Source: Roseovarius sp. (GTDB lineage Bacteria > Pseudomonadota > Alphaproteobacteria > Rhodobacterales > Rhodobacteraceae). From it: 64,000 bases of DNA. Positions 10,946-23,671 of the stretch are shown here, in pieces. The stretch spans positions 68,772 through 132,771 of the forward strand of contig JAJFIA010000009.1 in the NCBI GenBank assembly GCA_021775255.1. Reading direction: 5' to 3'. A program made the position numbers and the translations under genes. How positions within the stretch are numbered: the first letter of the stretch is position 1; each line of letters opens with the position of its first letter. The notes beneath the pieces were generated by a model. It had not been told where the DNA came from, ran no database searches, and saw only the letters and a list, made by a program, of their open reading frames with translations.

Positions 10946-11875
10946 TCAAACCGGATCGCGGATCAGGCTTTGGCACATGCAATGTACCCCGCCGCCGCCT
11001 TGGGTGATCATCGAAAGATCCGGGTCATAAATGGTAAAGCCCAGCGCCTTCAGTTTGGCTTTGAGGGTTTTTGAGCCATCCGGCAGCAAAACCCGGTCTT
11101 CGCCCAGCGCCACCACATTACACCCGAGCGCAATGGTTTCGCGAAACGGCACATCAACAATCTCAATCTGCTTGCTGCGCAGCCAGTCAACCACCTCAGG
11201 GTCGGTGCAATCAAGGCACACGGCGGCCAGTTTGGGCGCAAGCATCACCACCATCAGATCAATATGCACATAGAAGGGATCAATATCCGCCAGCCTGACC
11301 TCCCAACCCTCGGCCTCCATCCAGCGCGCCACCTGCTTTGCCCCCTGTTCCTGGGTGCGACCCTCATCGCCCTCCCAGCCGATCAAAACGCAACCGGGCT
11401 CGATCACGTTGAAATCGCCGCCCTCAAAAGTGCCGGCGGTAACGTAATCGTAAATCGGGATGCCAAGATTGTGGTAGGTTTCAATCGCGCGGAAGTTTTC
11501 GCCCCTGCGCCAGTATTGCGACATATGGGTGATAATGGCCCCAAACGGCGTCATCACCGAGCTGTCACGGGCATAGACCTGATAGGGCAGTTCCGGATCA
11601 GGCGCGTGCAGATGCACCTCAACCCCCGCTTGCCTGTAGGCATCCAGCATCTCGGCGTGCTGGGCTTTGGCAACGGCCAGATCAAACGGCACCCCCCGGC
11701 GGATGGTTTTCTTTGAGACCGAACTGGTATTCAGCCAGCGGTAATTTTCAATCGGTCCGAGCATGACAGACCTGAGCGTGCCATAATCAGAGTTTGCCCC
11801 CCAGGTGTTGAGCGTCGGCGTGCCGCCACCCTCAAGCCGGTTGCGCAGGGAAAATCCGGAGGGTTGATCACTCAT
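10946..11875 (-). CDS. Amidinotransferase/DDAH/arginine-deiminase superfamily enzyme
   Basis: YARDSSV, FEGGD, HID and C-terminal GGGGVHCM catalytic Cys motif; GAGG RBS before MSDQ. Confidence 0.85.
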   Translation of the reverse strand: MSDQPSGFSLRNRLEGGGTPTLNTWGANSDYGTLRSVMLGPIENYRWLNTSSVSKKTIRRGVPFDLAVAKAQHAEMLDAYRQAGVEVHLHAPDPELPYQVYARDSSVMTPFGAIITHMSQYWRRGENFRAIETYHNLGIPIYDYVTAGTFEGGDFNVIEPGCVLIGWEGDEGRTQEQGAKQVARWMEAEGWEVRLADIDPFYVHIDLMVVMLAPKLAAVCLDCTDPEVVDWLRSKQIEIVDVPFRETIALGCNVVALGEDRVLLPDGSKTLKAKLKALGFTIYDPDLSMITQGGGGVHCMCQSLIRDPV

Positions 11876-11960
11876 GGCCGGCCTCATTATGTTGTGCAAA
11901 GGCAGCCTCACCCGTGATGGGCTGGTGTGTCAAGTGGTGGGGTTCAGCAACGAACAAGCC

Positions 11961-11987
11961 AGAGGCCCCGGCGCGGGGGCCGGGGCG
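11961..11987. repeat. REP-like palindrome; 26/27 identical to the copy inside valS
   Basis: AGAGGCCCCGGCGCGGGGGCCGGGGCG versus AGAGGCCCCGGCTCGGGGGCCGGGGCG at 45186-45212. Confidence 0.85.
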
Positions 11988-12069
11988 CGGGATGAGCTAG
12001 AGGCCTCTGAATCAAGTCCGGCAATAAAGTCAGAAACAAAGGCAGGCACCCGTGAAAAGACGAAACTGA

Positions 12070-12774
12070 TCAAATACAGGCACAACCGACCATATAAGTG
12101 ATGGTTGTCGTGGTATAGATGATCCGCGAGCGTGGGATGACACTGATCGGAATTGCCACCGGGCTGCATTGCGGGCCGTCTTCATTGCCCTCCTCGCCAC
12201 AGCCGCCTGAACATGTCATCACCCGTTTGGCATGTGCCGTTGCTGCTTTGACTGCTGCGTTACGCGAAGTTCGGCTGCCAAATCGGCGCACGAATAGGGT
12301 GTGCGGCGTGGTGGTTGGGCCGGTACCGGTACAGGGCTTTCCCTGCGGCGCAATTTCGGCAACCGTGTCAAGCTCGGCGCTGATGGTGTAATAGGCGATT
12401 GCGATTGCGATCATTGCCAGAAGCAGCGCCATCAGAAACGCAACAATCGACGCGATCGTTACAGCGGCCCCGGCCCCGCCAACGGCCACCCCGCCAGCGG
12501 CGGCCCCATCGGTCACGATCACAGCCCCTTCACCTGCGGCCATCAGTTCGGCCGCCTCCATCAGCACCGCCAGCTGAATGCGCCCGGTATTGGCCAGCCA
12601 GATCAGCGCCCGCCAGAGGCTGGCGCGTTGGGCTGCGGTAGCGGCAGCGGCAAGGCGCGCGATTATCCCCAGCAATTCGCGCGCTGTGAGAGCACCGCCC
12701 CCGGCTGCAAGCTGACGCAGAATGGCCTGCATGTCGGGGCTGAGCGGTGCAATAATCTGATCAAACGGATTCAT
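12070..12774 (-). CDS. Hypothetical Ala/Gly-rich membrane protein with Cys-rich C-terminus
   Basis: GGGAG RBS before MNPF; hydrophobic stretch TIASIVAFLMALLLAMIAIAIAYY; six Cys in the C-terminal domain. Confidence 0.7.
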   Translation of the reverse strand: MNPFDQIIAPLSPDMQAILRQLAAGGGALTARELLGIIARLAAAATAAQRASLWRALIWLANTGRIQLAVLMEAAELMAAGEGAVIVTDGAAAGGVAVGGAGAAVTIASIVAFLMALLLAMIAIAIAYYTISAELDTVAEIAPQGKPCTGTGPTTTPHTLFVRRFGSRTSRNAAVKAATAHAKRVMTCSGGCGEEGNEDGPQCSPVAIPISVIPRSRIIYTTTTITYMVGCACI

Positions 12775-13008
12775 AATATACTCCCCTATTGTCAAAATAA
12801 TTTCTGGTATTTATCTGCCCGCTGAGATTGCGGAAAACAGCGCATTCAGCGGGGAATTCAAGCCAATACCAATACAATATGAGACTTGAAAACGACCCGG
12901 ATCCATTGGCACTCTACCACAGATTGCCGATTTTAGTGAATCCGGGGGGAAGATTGAGGAGAGGAAGAACAGGTACACCCGGCCCAGGGGCCGGGACATG
13001 GGGTGGAT

Positions 13009-13815
13009 TTATGGGTAGGACGGCGCGCGCCCCGACAACTCATCCAACTGCCGCGCAATCCAGCCTTTCGGGATGAAATGCCCGCGCGAATGCACGTCCA
13101 GAACAACCCGGCCCGATGTGCAATCCTCCCAGGTGGTGCGGGTGAACAGATCATCTTTTGTGATCTGCCAAACGCCCGCCGATGTGCCCAGATTGCAGCC
13201 CATCTTATCGCGCCAAAGTTTTACCGGATAGGTGGTATCGCCCTCCGGCCCAAAGGGAAAATCCATCACAGTGTCGCTTGTCCCATGCACATGGCGCACC
13301 TCGCGCGGGGCCTCAGGGCATGTCTCATCCTGATCCAAAGTTCCGGAAACCGCCAGTAAAGCCGCCACACCATTGCCATGTTCGCAGACATAACGCCAAG
13401 CCATGGCGGAACCATAGGAATAGCCCGAAACATAGATGCGGCTGCGGTCAATCGGATAACGCTTGGCCGCGTCTTCAATCACGGCGGCGGCAAATGCCAC
13501 ATCATCGGTTTCTGAATCCCAGAAATCCCAGGTCTTGCCGCGCCCGTTGGGGGCCAGCAAAAGCACCCCGCGCCGCCGGGTGGCCCCGGAGATGCGCCCG
13601 TGTTTCACGATCAATGTGCCCTGCCGCATCCAGCCGTGAAAATGCAGCAAGACCGGCAGAGGGGTTTTGCCATCCCAGTCATCGGGCTCTTTGACGTGAT
13701 AGGATCGCGCGCCAAGCTGGCAGGGGATTTCGGCGTGGCAAGGCGCGGGTTGCGGGCCGACCGCTGCGGCCCCTGAAGCCCAAAACAGGGATGAAATAAT
13801 CAGGATCACTCGCAT
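13009..13815 (-). CDS. Secreted alpha/beta-hydrolase (LpqC/PHB-depolymerase-like esterase)
   Basis: Signal-peptide-like N-terminus, LLHFHGW, SGYSYG nucleophile motif, HVHGTSD, GHF. Confidence 0.8.
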   Translation of the reverse strand: MRVILIISSLFWASGAAAVGPQPAPCHAEIPCQLGARSYHVKEPDDWDGKTPLPVLLHFHGWMRQGTLIVKHGRISGATRRRGVLLLAPNGRGKTWDFWDSETDDVAFAAAVIEDAAKRYPIDRSRIYVSGYSYGSAMAWRYVCEHGNGVAALLAVSGTLDQDETCPEAPREVRHVHGTSDTVMDFPFGPEGDTTYPVKLWRDKMGCNLGTSAGVWQITKDDLFTRTTWEDCTSGRVVLDVHSRGHFIPKGWIARQLDELSGRAPSYP

Positions 13816-13962
13816 CGGGCTTCATTCCTTGAATTTGTTTTCACGACTGTAGCTTTGGGGCTTTTGGTTTGTCACCTCACAACGCTGTCATGGGTTTGCA
13901 GGGTGGGGTCTGAGCCGTTGCAACTGCGCAAAGCCACAATACAGATGAAAGAGAGCGTTACC

Positions 13963-13986
13963 ATGGGCGGCACCATGAGCAACTGA
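13963..13986 (+). other. Candidate small ORF MGGTMSN (13 aa MKESVTMGGTMSN if started at 13945)
   Basis: ATGGGCGGCACCATGAGCAACTGA with GAGAG 7 nt upstream; related locus at 33154-33204. Confidence 0.4.
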
Positions 13987-13995
13987 TCCAATAAA

Positions 13996-14024
13996 CGGCT
14001 CCGGAATATCCGGGGCGGTTTTTT
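13996..14024 (+). terminator. Intrinsic terminator with no annotated + strand gene upstream
   Basis: CGGCTCCGGA-ATA-TCCGGGGCGG followed by T-run. Confidence 0.65.
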
Positions 14025-14287
14025 CGTGAATTTCAATGCCCGGTGGCTTCCCAGGTTTGTTTCTGGGATCACTCACTTTATAAAGACTGCAAATTATCCT
14101 GCCCTGAATATTTGCGCATATTGCGGAATAAACCGCTGCCTGACCCAATAATCCCGAATAATCAGGCACATTTGCGATTTTTTCACGGATCACTCCTGAC
14201 ATTGCTTTGCCCGGAAGGGCCCCCATGCTAAGCGATACCAACAGACGCGAATCTTCCAGGCTGGCTATTTCCCGGGAACCATAACAG

Positions 14288-15304
14288 ATGCCTTATTCAT
14301 CCGAGCCCAAACTGATCTCAGGCAATGCCAATATGCCATTGGCCAGTTCCATCGCCCGGCGCATGTCAATGCATCGCGGTGTCCAGGTCAGTCTGTGTGA
14401 CGCGCGCATAGAGCGCTTCAACGATCAGGAAATCTTTGTCGAGGTTTATGAAAATGTCCGGGGTGAGGATATGTTCATCATTCAACCCACGTCGAATCCG
14501 GCCAATGACAACCTGATGGAGCTTCTGATCATGGCGGATGCTTTGCGGCGCTCTTCGGCACAGCGCATCACGGCGGTGATCCCCTATTTTGGCTATGCAA
14601 GGCAAGATCGCCGTTCCAAGGCACGCACGCCCATATCGGCCAAGCTGGTGGCCAACATGATTGCCACGGCGGGCATTGAGCGGGTGCTGACGATGGATCT
14701 GCACGCGGCGCAGATACAGGGATTTTTTGATATACCGGTGGATAACCTATATGCCTCGCCCGTGTTCGCGCTGGATATCATGACCCAGTTCAAAGGGTCG
14801 ATGGATGATCTGATGGTCATCTCGCCCGATGTTGGCGGTGTGGGCCGGGCACGGGAATTGGCCAAACGCATCACCGCACCGCTGGCGATTGTCGATAAAC
14901 GCCGCGAAAAGGCCGGTGAGATTGCCGAAATGATCGTGATCGGCGATGTCACAGATAAAAAATGCATCATCGTTGACGATATGTGCGATACGGCTGGCAC
15001 CCTGTGCAAGGCCGCCGAAGTGCTGTTGGAAAATGGCGCATCCGAAGTGCATGCCTATATCAGCCACGGCGTCATGTCCGGCCCGGCGGTTGAACGGGTG
15101 ACCAAATCAGTGATGAAATCGCTGGTCCTGACCGATACGATCCAGCCAACCGAGGCTGTCATGTCGGCCTCCAATATCCGCATTATCCCAACCGCGCCGA
15201 TTTTTGCCCAGGCGATCCTGAATATCTGGAGCGGCACATCCGTCTCATCCTTGTTCGAGACATCCACGCTGGAACATATTTATGAAGGTCAGCTTTTTCG
15301 CTGA
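14288..15304 (+). CDS. prs: Ribose-phosphate pyrophosphokinase
   Basis: [47 protein letters not shown]. Confidence 0.97.
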   Translation: MPYSSEPKLISGNANMPLASSIARRMSMHRGVQVSLCDARIERFNDQEIFVEVYENVRGEDMFIIQPTSNPANDNLMELLIMADALRRSSAQRITAVIPYFGYARQDRRSKARTPISAKLVANMIATAGIERVLTMDLHAAQIQGFFDIPVDNLYASPVFALDIMTQFKGSMDDLMVISPDVGGVGRARELAKRITAPLAIVDKRREKAGEIAEMIVIGDVTDKKCIIVDDMCDTAGTLCKAAEVLLENGASEVHAYISHGVMSGPAVERVTKSVMKSLVLTDTIQPTEAVMSASNIRIIPTAPIFAQAILNIWSGTSVSSLFETSTLEHIYEGQLFR

Positions 15305-15398
15305 AGCTGCGTAGGATGGGGTTTAAGCCGTCTTGGAAACGCTCCGGGGGAGTGTTTCAGGTGAAAACGGCGAGAGCCCGGGAAACCCACCTGCCGCC

Positions 15399-15749
15399 TT
15401 AATAAAGCGTCCAGTCTTCCAGATGCTCAACTTCGCCAATCGCCATCCACTGTACCCGCGCGCGGGCGACCTTGGTATCGCCCCAGGTGCGAAAGACCAC
15501 ATCAAACCCCACAGCCGTCACATTTTCGGCCGCAACATCCGCGCGGGCGTTTTTGCTGCTGTCCATATCCCACATCGACAATGAACAATGCACCACGGGC
15601 GCGGATTTGAACGGTTCCTTGAATTTCAGGCTGTGACGGCGTTCACGCGGGCCGCTGCCGATCCACATCTCGCCGCCATCCTGATAATCCGAGAACAGAA
15701 CATCATCGCCCTGATCAACGCCAATGGATTGTGCCGCAAATTTCTTCAT
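15399..15749 (-). CDS. H-type lectin domain protein
   Basis: FKEPFKSAPVVHCSLSMWDMD, FRTWGDTKVARARVQWMAIG. Confidence 0.8.
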   Translation of the reverse strand: MKKFAAQSIGVDQGDDVLFSDYQDGGEMWIGSGPRERRHSLKFKEPFKSAPVVHCSLSMWDMDSSKNARADVAAENVTAVGFDVVFRTWGDTKVARARVQWMAIGEVEHLEDWTLY

Positions 15750-15828
15750 TGGTGATGCTTAATACTCATATGGGTTGTGACCTGTGCCCCTGATACAACT
15801 TAACTGTTAAATTACTAAGAAAAAAGCA

Positions 15829-15860
15829 AAAGAAAAAGGCCCCGCAACGGCGAGGCCTCT
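15829..15860 (-). terminator. Terminator of the F1 atp operon
   Basis: On minus strand AGGCCTCGCCGTTGCGGGGCCT followed by T-run. Confidence 0.75.
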
Positions 15861-15886
15861 CAAAATATCATAAGGGTGGCTGCGGA

Positions 15887-16312
15887 TCAGTTGGCGCTAT
15901 GGCCAATCACATCGCCCATCGCCACCATATCCGCCAGCAGTTTTGCCGCATCATCCACCATGCCGGGATGATTGACATAGGTTTCCTGCGCCTGCGCCAG
16001 CGCATCGGTGGCATCATCCACCAGTTTCTTGAATTGCTCAGCCGTGACATCACCCCGCGGGATGGCCTGTTCGGCCAGAACCGAAATGCTGTCGGCGCTG
16101 ATCTCGGCAAAGCCGCCGGTCACAACATAGTCGGCTTCTCCCTCGGCGCTGAAAACCTTCAGCACACCGGGCCGCAGCGTCGTGATCAAAGGCGCATGAT
16201 CGGGCATTGCCGTCATGTCGCCCTCGGATCCGGGGATCTCAACTTGCGTGGCCTGTACCGAGGTCAAAAGACGCTCGGGCGAGACCAGATCGAATTGCAC
16301 TGTGTCAGCCAT
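15887..16312 (-). CDS. atpC: F1 ATP synthase epsilon subunit
   Basis: [28 protein letters not shown]. Confidence 0.95.
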   Translation of the reverse strand: MADTVQFDLVSPERLLTSVQATQVEIPGSEGDMTAMPDHAPLITTLRPGVLKVFSAEGEADYVVTGGFAEISADSISVLAEQAIPRGDVTAEQFKKLVDDATDALAQAQETYVNHPGMVDDAAKLLADMVAMGDVIGHSAN

Positions 16313-16329
16313 CAAGGGCCTCCTTGAAC

Positions 16330-18658
<2,329 letters not shown>

Positions 18659-18676
18659 AGGCCCTCGTCCTTTCCC

Positions 18677-20215
18677 TTAAGCGAAATCAGCGGCGAATTC
18701 GTCCAGTGCCGCTTTGATCTTGTCCTCGGCATCACCCTTGATCTTGGGGTCATCCCTGGTGATCATGTCCAGCAGATCCTGATGCTTGCCGCGCAGATGG
18801 CTAAGCAGAGCATGCTCATAACGGCCCACATCGCCAACCCGCAGCTTATCAAGATAGCCCTTGGTGCCGGCATAAATCACACAGACGATCTCGGCATTGG
18901 AAAGCGGCGAATATTGCGGCTGTTTCATCAGCTCGGTAAGGCGCGCACCCCGGTTCAGCAATTGTTGCGTGGCCGCATCCAGATCCGAGCCAAACTGCGC
19001 AAAGGCCGCCATTTCGCGGTATTGCGCCAGTTCCAGCTTGACCGGGCCGGCCACCGATTTCATCGCATTGGTCTGGGCGGATGATCCCACCCGCGAAACG
19101 CTGAGGCCGGTATTCACCGCCGGGCGGATACCCTGATAGAACAGCTCGGTTTCAAGGAAAATCTGGCCATCGGTGATCGAGATCACGTTGGTCGGAATAA
19201 ACGCCGATACGTCACCGCCCTGGGTTTCAATGATCGGCAGGGCCGTCAACGAGCCTGAACCGTTATCTTCGTTCAGCTTGCACGACCGTTCAAGCAAACG
19301 CGAGTGCAGATAGAAAACATCACCCGGATAGGCTTCACGGCCCGGTGGGCGGCGCAGCAGCAATGACATCTGACGATAGGATACCGCCTGTTTGGACAGA
19401 TCATCATAAACGATCAGCGCATGGCGGCCATTATCGCGGAAATGCTCGGCCATGGCAGTGGCGGAATAGGGTGCCAGAAACTGCATCGGGGCCGGGTCGG
19501 ACGCGGTGGCGGCCACAACGATGGAATATGCCATCGCGCCGGCCTCTTCCAGCTTCTTCACCAGTTGGGCCACGGTCGAGCGTTTTTGCCCAACAGCCAC
19601 ATAGATGCAATAAAGCTTTTTGCCTTCGTCATCGCCCGCAGATACATTTACAGATTTCTGGTTCAGCATCGTATCCAGCGCCACGGCAGTTTTGCCGGTC
19701 TGACGGTCACCAATGATCAATTCGCGCTGACCGCGGCCAATAGGGATCATCGCATCGACCGATTTAAGGCCGGTGGCCATCGGCTCATGCACCGATTTAC
19801 GCGGGATAATGCCGGGGGCTTTCACATCGGCCAGACCGCGCTTTTTGGTCTTGATCGGGCCTTTGCCATCCAGCGGATTACCAAGGCCATCCACAACCCG
19901 GCCCAGCAATTCATCGCCGATGGGAACGTCCACAATGGATTTGGTCCGCTTGACAGTGTCGCCTTCCTTGATGTCCCGGTCGGAGCCGAAGATCACCACG
20001 CCGACATTATCGGATTCAAGATTGAGCGCCATGCCCATGATCTTGCCGGGGAATTCCACCAGCTCACCGGCCTGCACGTTATCAAGTCCGTAAACCCGCG
20101 CGATACCGTCCCCAACCGACAAAACCCGGCCGACTTCGGCCACATCGGCGTCATGGCCAAAATTCTTGATCTGTTCTTTCAGGATCGCAGAAATTTCTGC
20201 TGCTTGGATACCCAT
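18677..20215 (-). CDS. atpA: F1 ATP synthase alpha subunit
   Basis: [31 protein letters not shown]. Confidence 0.98.
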   Translation of the reverse strand: MGIQAAEISAILKEQIKNFGHDADVAEVGRVLSVGDGIARVYGLDNVQAGELVEFPGKIMGMALNLESDNVGVVIFGSDRDIKEGDTVKRTKSIVDVPIGDELLGRVVDGLGNPLDGKGPIKTKKRGLADVKAPGIIPRKSVHEPMATGLKSVDAMIPIGRGQRELIIGDRQTGKTAVALDTMLNQKSVNVSAGDDEGKKLYCIYVAVGQKRSTVAQLVKKLEEAGAMAYSIVVAATASDPAPMQFLAPYSATAMAEHFRDNGRHALIVYDDLSKQAVSYRQMSLLLRRPPGREAYPGDVFYLHSRLLERSCKLNEDNGSGSLTALPIIETQGGDVSAFIPTNVISITDGQIFLETELFYQGIRPAVNTGLSVSRVGSSAQTNAMKSVAGPVKLELAQYREMAAFAQFGSDLDAATQQLLNRGARLTELMKQPQYSPLSNAEIVCVIYAGTKGYLDKLRVGDVGRYEHALLSHLRGKHQDLLDMITRDDPKIKGDAEDKIKAALDEFAADFA

Positions 20216-20781
20216 TATCCGACCTCTTTCATTGCATTCTGAAGGGAATTAAGGCGAGAGCGGATCGACGTGTCGATCATCTTTGAGCCCACTTTCACGA
20301 TTAAACCGCCGATGAGGCTTTCATCGACGGCAGCATTTATTTTCACATCCTTGCCCATTCTGGCCTTCAGCGTCTTGGCCAGTTCATCAGCCTGAGCTTT
20401 TGAAAGCGCCTGAGCAGAGGTTACATCGGCGGTCATCTCACCGCGATCATCGGCGATCATGCCGCGCAGCCGTGTCACCAGTTGCGGCAAGACAAATAAC
20501 CGGCGCTTTTGAGCCATCAGGCTCAGGCCGTTTTGCAGCACCGGGATAAGCTTCATTTTAATGGCCAGGGCGGCAATCGCGGCCCCCTGATCGTCGCGTG
20601 AAATCACCGGGCTGCTGATCAGCTCACGCAGATCGGCGCTGGCTTCCAGGGCTGCCGCGAGGTCTGTCAGATTGGCTTCAAGTTTACTCAGAGATTTGCC
20701 CTCTTTGGCAATCTCGAAAATAGCGGTGGCATAGCGCGCGGCAATGCCAAAAGAGATCGAAACTGGCTCTGTCACGTCCAC
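20215..20781 (-). CDS. atpH: F1 ATP synthase delta subunit (GTG start at 20781 or 20775)
   Basis: [31 protein letters not shown]. Confidence 0.95.
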   Translation of the reverse strand: MDVTEPVSISFGIAARYATAIFEIAKEGKSLSKLEANLTDLAAALEASADLRELISSPVISRDDQGAAIAALAIKMKLIPVLQNGLSLMAQKRRLFVLPQLVTRLRGMIADDRGEMTADVTSAQALSKAQADELAKTLKARMGKDVKINAAVDESLIGGLIVKVGSKMIDTSIRSRLNSLQNAMKEVG

Positions 20782-21109
20782 CCTTCCGAAATTTGGCCCC
20801 GGTTAATTCGCAATCTGCCTGCGTCCGGGAGCGTTGATCATGTCTTGCGTTGAACAAAAACACTGGGAATTCGGCGTGGGTGTAGCAGAGCAATCCCCAC
20901 CCCGCAAGCAAGTTGGGAAAGGCAGTAGTTCTAAGGAAATACAGTGTTTTCAGGAGCTTGCAGTGACTGCCACCGTTTGCTTGATATTTATCCACAAAAA
21001 ATCCAGCCTGAATCTCACATTTTTGCGATTCCCTTGGCTGTTTTCCCATAAATGCCACAGGTTTGGTTGCCGCTGAAATCCTTCGGAGTTGGAAACATAG
21101 CCGAATAAA

Positions 21110-22057
21110 TCAGGGCCGGTGAAGAAGCTCGCCGCAATGCGGGCAGTGTTTTAGCCTGGATGTCTTTTGGTCGTGCAACATCTGGTTTCTGATCTCGTCC
21201 GCCACACGCTTGCTCAGGCCAAGCTCGAGGCGGGCGGCTTCCAGTTCTTCTTCTTCAGCCGCATCTATCATGCCATCCTCCAGCGCAACCCTGAAACGAT
21301 CGGCCAGTTCATTGCGGGTGCGGCGCAGCCGGTCGGCCATGCCACTGGCCAGGATACCTGCGGGCAGCGCGGCCATGCCAATGCCCACAATCGCCACCAG
21401 CGCGCCAAAAAGTTTACCGGCGGGTGTGATCGGCGTCACATCGCCATATCCCACAGTGGTTAATGTCGCGACAGCCCACCACATCGCCGCCGGGATTGAG
21501 CCGAATTTCTCGGGCTGCATGCTGTGTTCGGCCAGATAGGCCCCGCTGGAGGCCAGCACCAGCATCACCATCAGAATGAAGAAGCCGCCAAAGAAGGCGT
21601 TGGATTCTTCGCGAAACACATCCATCAGCATCGAAAGCGCCGAGGAATAACGGGTGAATTTCAGGATACGCAACAGCCGCAGCACCCGCAGGAATCGCAG
21701 ATCAAGCTTGATGAAATAGCCCAGATAAAGCGGCAGCACCGCCAGCAAATCCACAATTGCCAGGGGGGACATCATATAGCTAAGGCGGGGGTAACGGGCG
21801 TCTTTGAACTCGGGTTTTTCAACACATGTCCAGACCCGCGCCAGATATTCCACACTGAAAATGGCCACTGAGACCACCTCGATCAGCAGAAACAAAGCAT
21901 GGTGGCGGGCGTTGATAGAGGCGACAGTTTCAAGAATGACAGCAATGACATTGACCGCGATGAGGACGATCAGACACAGATCGACAAAATGGCTTAGCGT
22001 ACCGGCTTTTTTATCGGGTTCGAGGATTCGATGAACGGTTTTGCGAAGCTGGGTCAT
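21110..22057 (-). CDS. Voltage-gated-type potassium channel
   Basis: S4-like LRFLRVLRLLRILK, selectivity filter TTVGYGD, C-terminal CPHC. Confidence 0.9.
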   Translation of the reverse strand: MTQLRKTVHRILEPDKKAGTLSHFVDLCLIVLIAVNVIAVILETVASINARHHALFLLIEVVSVAIFSVEYLARVWTCVEKPEFKDARYPRLSYMMSPLAIVDLLAVLPLYLGYFIKLDLRFLRVLRLLRILKFTRYSSALSMLMDVFREESNAFFGGFFILMVMLVLASSGAYLAEHSMQPEKFGSIPAAMWWAVATLTTVGYGDVTPITPAGKLFGALVAIVGIGMAALPAGILASGMADRLRRTRNELADRFRVALEDGMIDAAEEEELEAARLELGLSKRVADEIRNQMLHDQKTSRLKHCPHCGELLHRP

Positions 22058-22157
22058 CCGGGGCCTGTTGTATAAAAAGGGCGCAAATCCGGGTGTACCC
22101 CATCATGTCACGGCAGCCAAACGGGTAATTTGGCTGCTGTGACATATTTTAACGGGT

Positions 22158-22179
22158 GGCGGGCTGAAGCCCGCCCTAC
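22158..22179 (-). repeat. GTAG-type REP
   Basis: Reverse complement GTAG-GGCGGGCT-TC-AGCCCGCC, identical to 51994-52015. Confidence 0.85.
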
Positions 22180-22181
22180 CC

Positions 22182-23567
22182 CTATCCGAAAACCTTTGTC
22201 AGGGCTTTATCGGTGGCCTCAATGATCTGGTTGATATCATCTTTGCCGGCAATCAGTGCGGGCGAGTAACACAGCGTGTTGTTGAACCCCGGAACCGAGC
22301 GGTTGGTCACACCGATGATCACCCCTTGCGCACCGCAATCCGCCGTGACCGCCTGTGCCAGTTTTTCATCCACCGGTTCTTTGCTGGAGCGATCCGAGAC
22401 AAGCTCGGCCCCAAGGAACAGCCCCTTGCCGCGCACCTCACCGATCACTGCATGTTTGTCCTGCAGCGCCCTGAGCTGATCCAGCATATAGGCGCCCATC
22501 CGGGTGGTGTTCTCAAGCAGGCCTTCCTCTTCGATGATCGCGATGTTTTCCAGCGCCGCCGCCGGGCCAGCCGTGCAGCCGCCAAAGGTGGAAATATCGC
22601 GGAAGTAATTCATCGGATCGCTGGCATCATCCTTGAACATCTCAAAGACTTTTTCGTTGGTGACACAGCAGGCAATCGCCGCATAGCCCGAGGCAACCCC
22701 CTTGGCCATGGTAACAAAATCCGGCTCGATCCCGTAATGCTGATAGCCAAACCATTCGCCGGTACGGCCGACGCCGCAAACCACTTCATCAATATGCAGC
22801 AGGATGTCGTATTTGCGGCAAATCTCCTGTACCCGTGGCCAATAGCCCTCGGGCGGAACGATCACGCCGCCGCCTGCCGTGACCGGCTCAAGGCACAATG
22901 CACCAACCGTATCGGGGCCTTCGGCCAAAATCACCTCTTCAATCGCATTGGCCGCGGCAAGCCCATATTCCTCGCCCGACAAATCCCATTGCGCGCGATA
23001 TTCAAGGCAATGCGGCACCCGCACAAAACCCGGTGTAAAGGGGCCATATTGCGCGCCGCGCTCATCCTGACCACCGCACGACAGCGCAGTGATCGTTGTG
23101 CCGTGGTAATCACGATCGCGATACAGGATTTTGTGCTTCTTGCCGCCATACCGCTTATGGGCAATCTGGCGCACCATCTTGTAGGCTTTCTCATTCGCCT
23201 CCGAGCCGGAATTGGTGTAGTAAACCCGGCTGAGCCCCGGCATTTTCGAGATCAGCTTTTCCGAAAACAGCGCGCCGGGGATCGACCCGGCAGAACCGGC
23301 GAAATACGGCAGCTTGATCAGTTGATCGCGCACCGCATTGGCAATCCGTTCACGGCCATAGCCCACATTCACGGTCCAGACCCCGCCCGAGACCGCATCA
23401 AGGCTTTCGCGGCCATGCTGATCCCAGACCCGCATGCCGCGCCCCTCGACAATGATCTTCGGCTCGCCGGTTTCAAACGGCTTGTGCTGGATCAGGTGGT
23501 GCCAGACATGGGCACGGTCGGCGTCCACGATTTTGCTGATGTCATTATCTATTATCTTGCCGTCCAT
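22182..23567 (-). CDS. tpa: Class III aminotransferase, probably taurine-pyruvate aminotransferase
   Basis: NSGSEANE, YHGTT, HIDEVVCGVGRTG, TMAKG, STFGG; resembles roseobacter Tpa from memory; TauR-like repeats upstream. Confidence 0.7.
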   Translation of the reverse strand: MDGKIIDNDISKIVDADRAHVWHHLIQHKPFETGEPKIIVEGRGMRVWDQHGRESLDAVSGGVWTVNVGYGRERIANAVRDQLIKLPYFAGSAGSIPGALFSEKLISKMPGLSRVYYTNSGSEANEKAYKMVRQIAHKRYGGKKHKILYRDRDYHGTTITALSCGGQDERGAQYGPFTPGFVRVPHCLEYRAQWDLSGEEYGLAAANAIEEVILAEGPDTVGALCLEPVTAGGGVIVPPEGYWPRVQEICRKYDILLHIDEVVCGVGRTGEWFGYQHYGIEPDFVTMAKGVASGYAAIACCVTNEKVFEMFKDDASDPMNYFRDISTFGGCTAGPAAALENIAIIEEEGLLENTTRMGAYMLDQLRALQDKHAVIGEVRGKGLFLGAELVSDRSSKEPVDEKLAQAVTADCGAQGVIIGVTNRSVPGFNNTLCYSPALIAGKDDINQIIEATDKALTKVFG

Positions 23568-23671
23568 GGCGATGCTCCATCATGTTAGGGCCCGAAATTT
23601 GGGATGCCGGGCGATTCTTGGATATTTCATGTGTCTTTAAATTTATCACAGCGCTTGAATCAAACGATCTG

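Noticed and set aside
13860-13920. TCACAACG as part of a SAM-SAH riboswitch
   Set aside because: The rest of the consensus is missing and no SAM-related gene follows.
14255-14287. GGCTATTTCCC...CCATAA shared with about 41490-41512
   Set aside because: Short promoter-proximal similarity; most likely a generic -10 region or chance.
15790-15815. TTAA-rich stretch upstream of the H-type lectin gene as a CtrA box
   Set aside because: Spacing does not fit TTAA-N7-TTAA; a half-site at best.
19421-20242. 273-aa plus-strand ORF
   Set aside because: Antisense to atpA; typical high-GC shadow frame.
20945-20953. TTTTCAGGA shared upstream of the F1 and F0 operons (also near 54833)
   Set aside because: A 9-bp match at different distances is within chance expectation.
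22326-23588. 420-aa plus-strand ORF
   Set aside because: Fully antisense to the aminotransferase, with no recognisable motifs.
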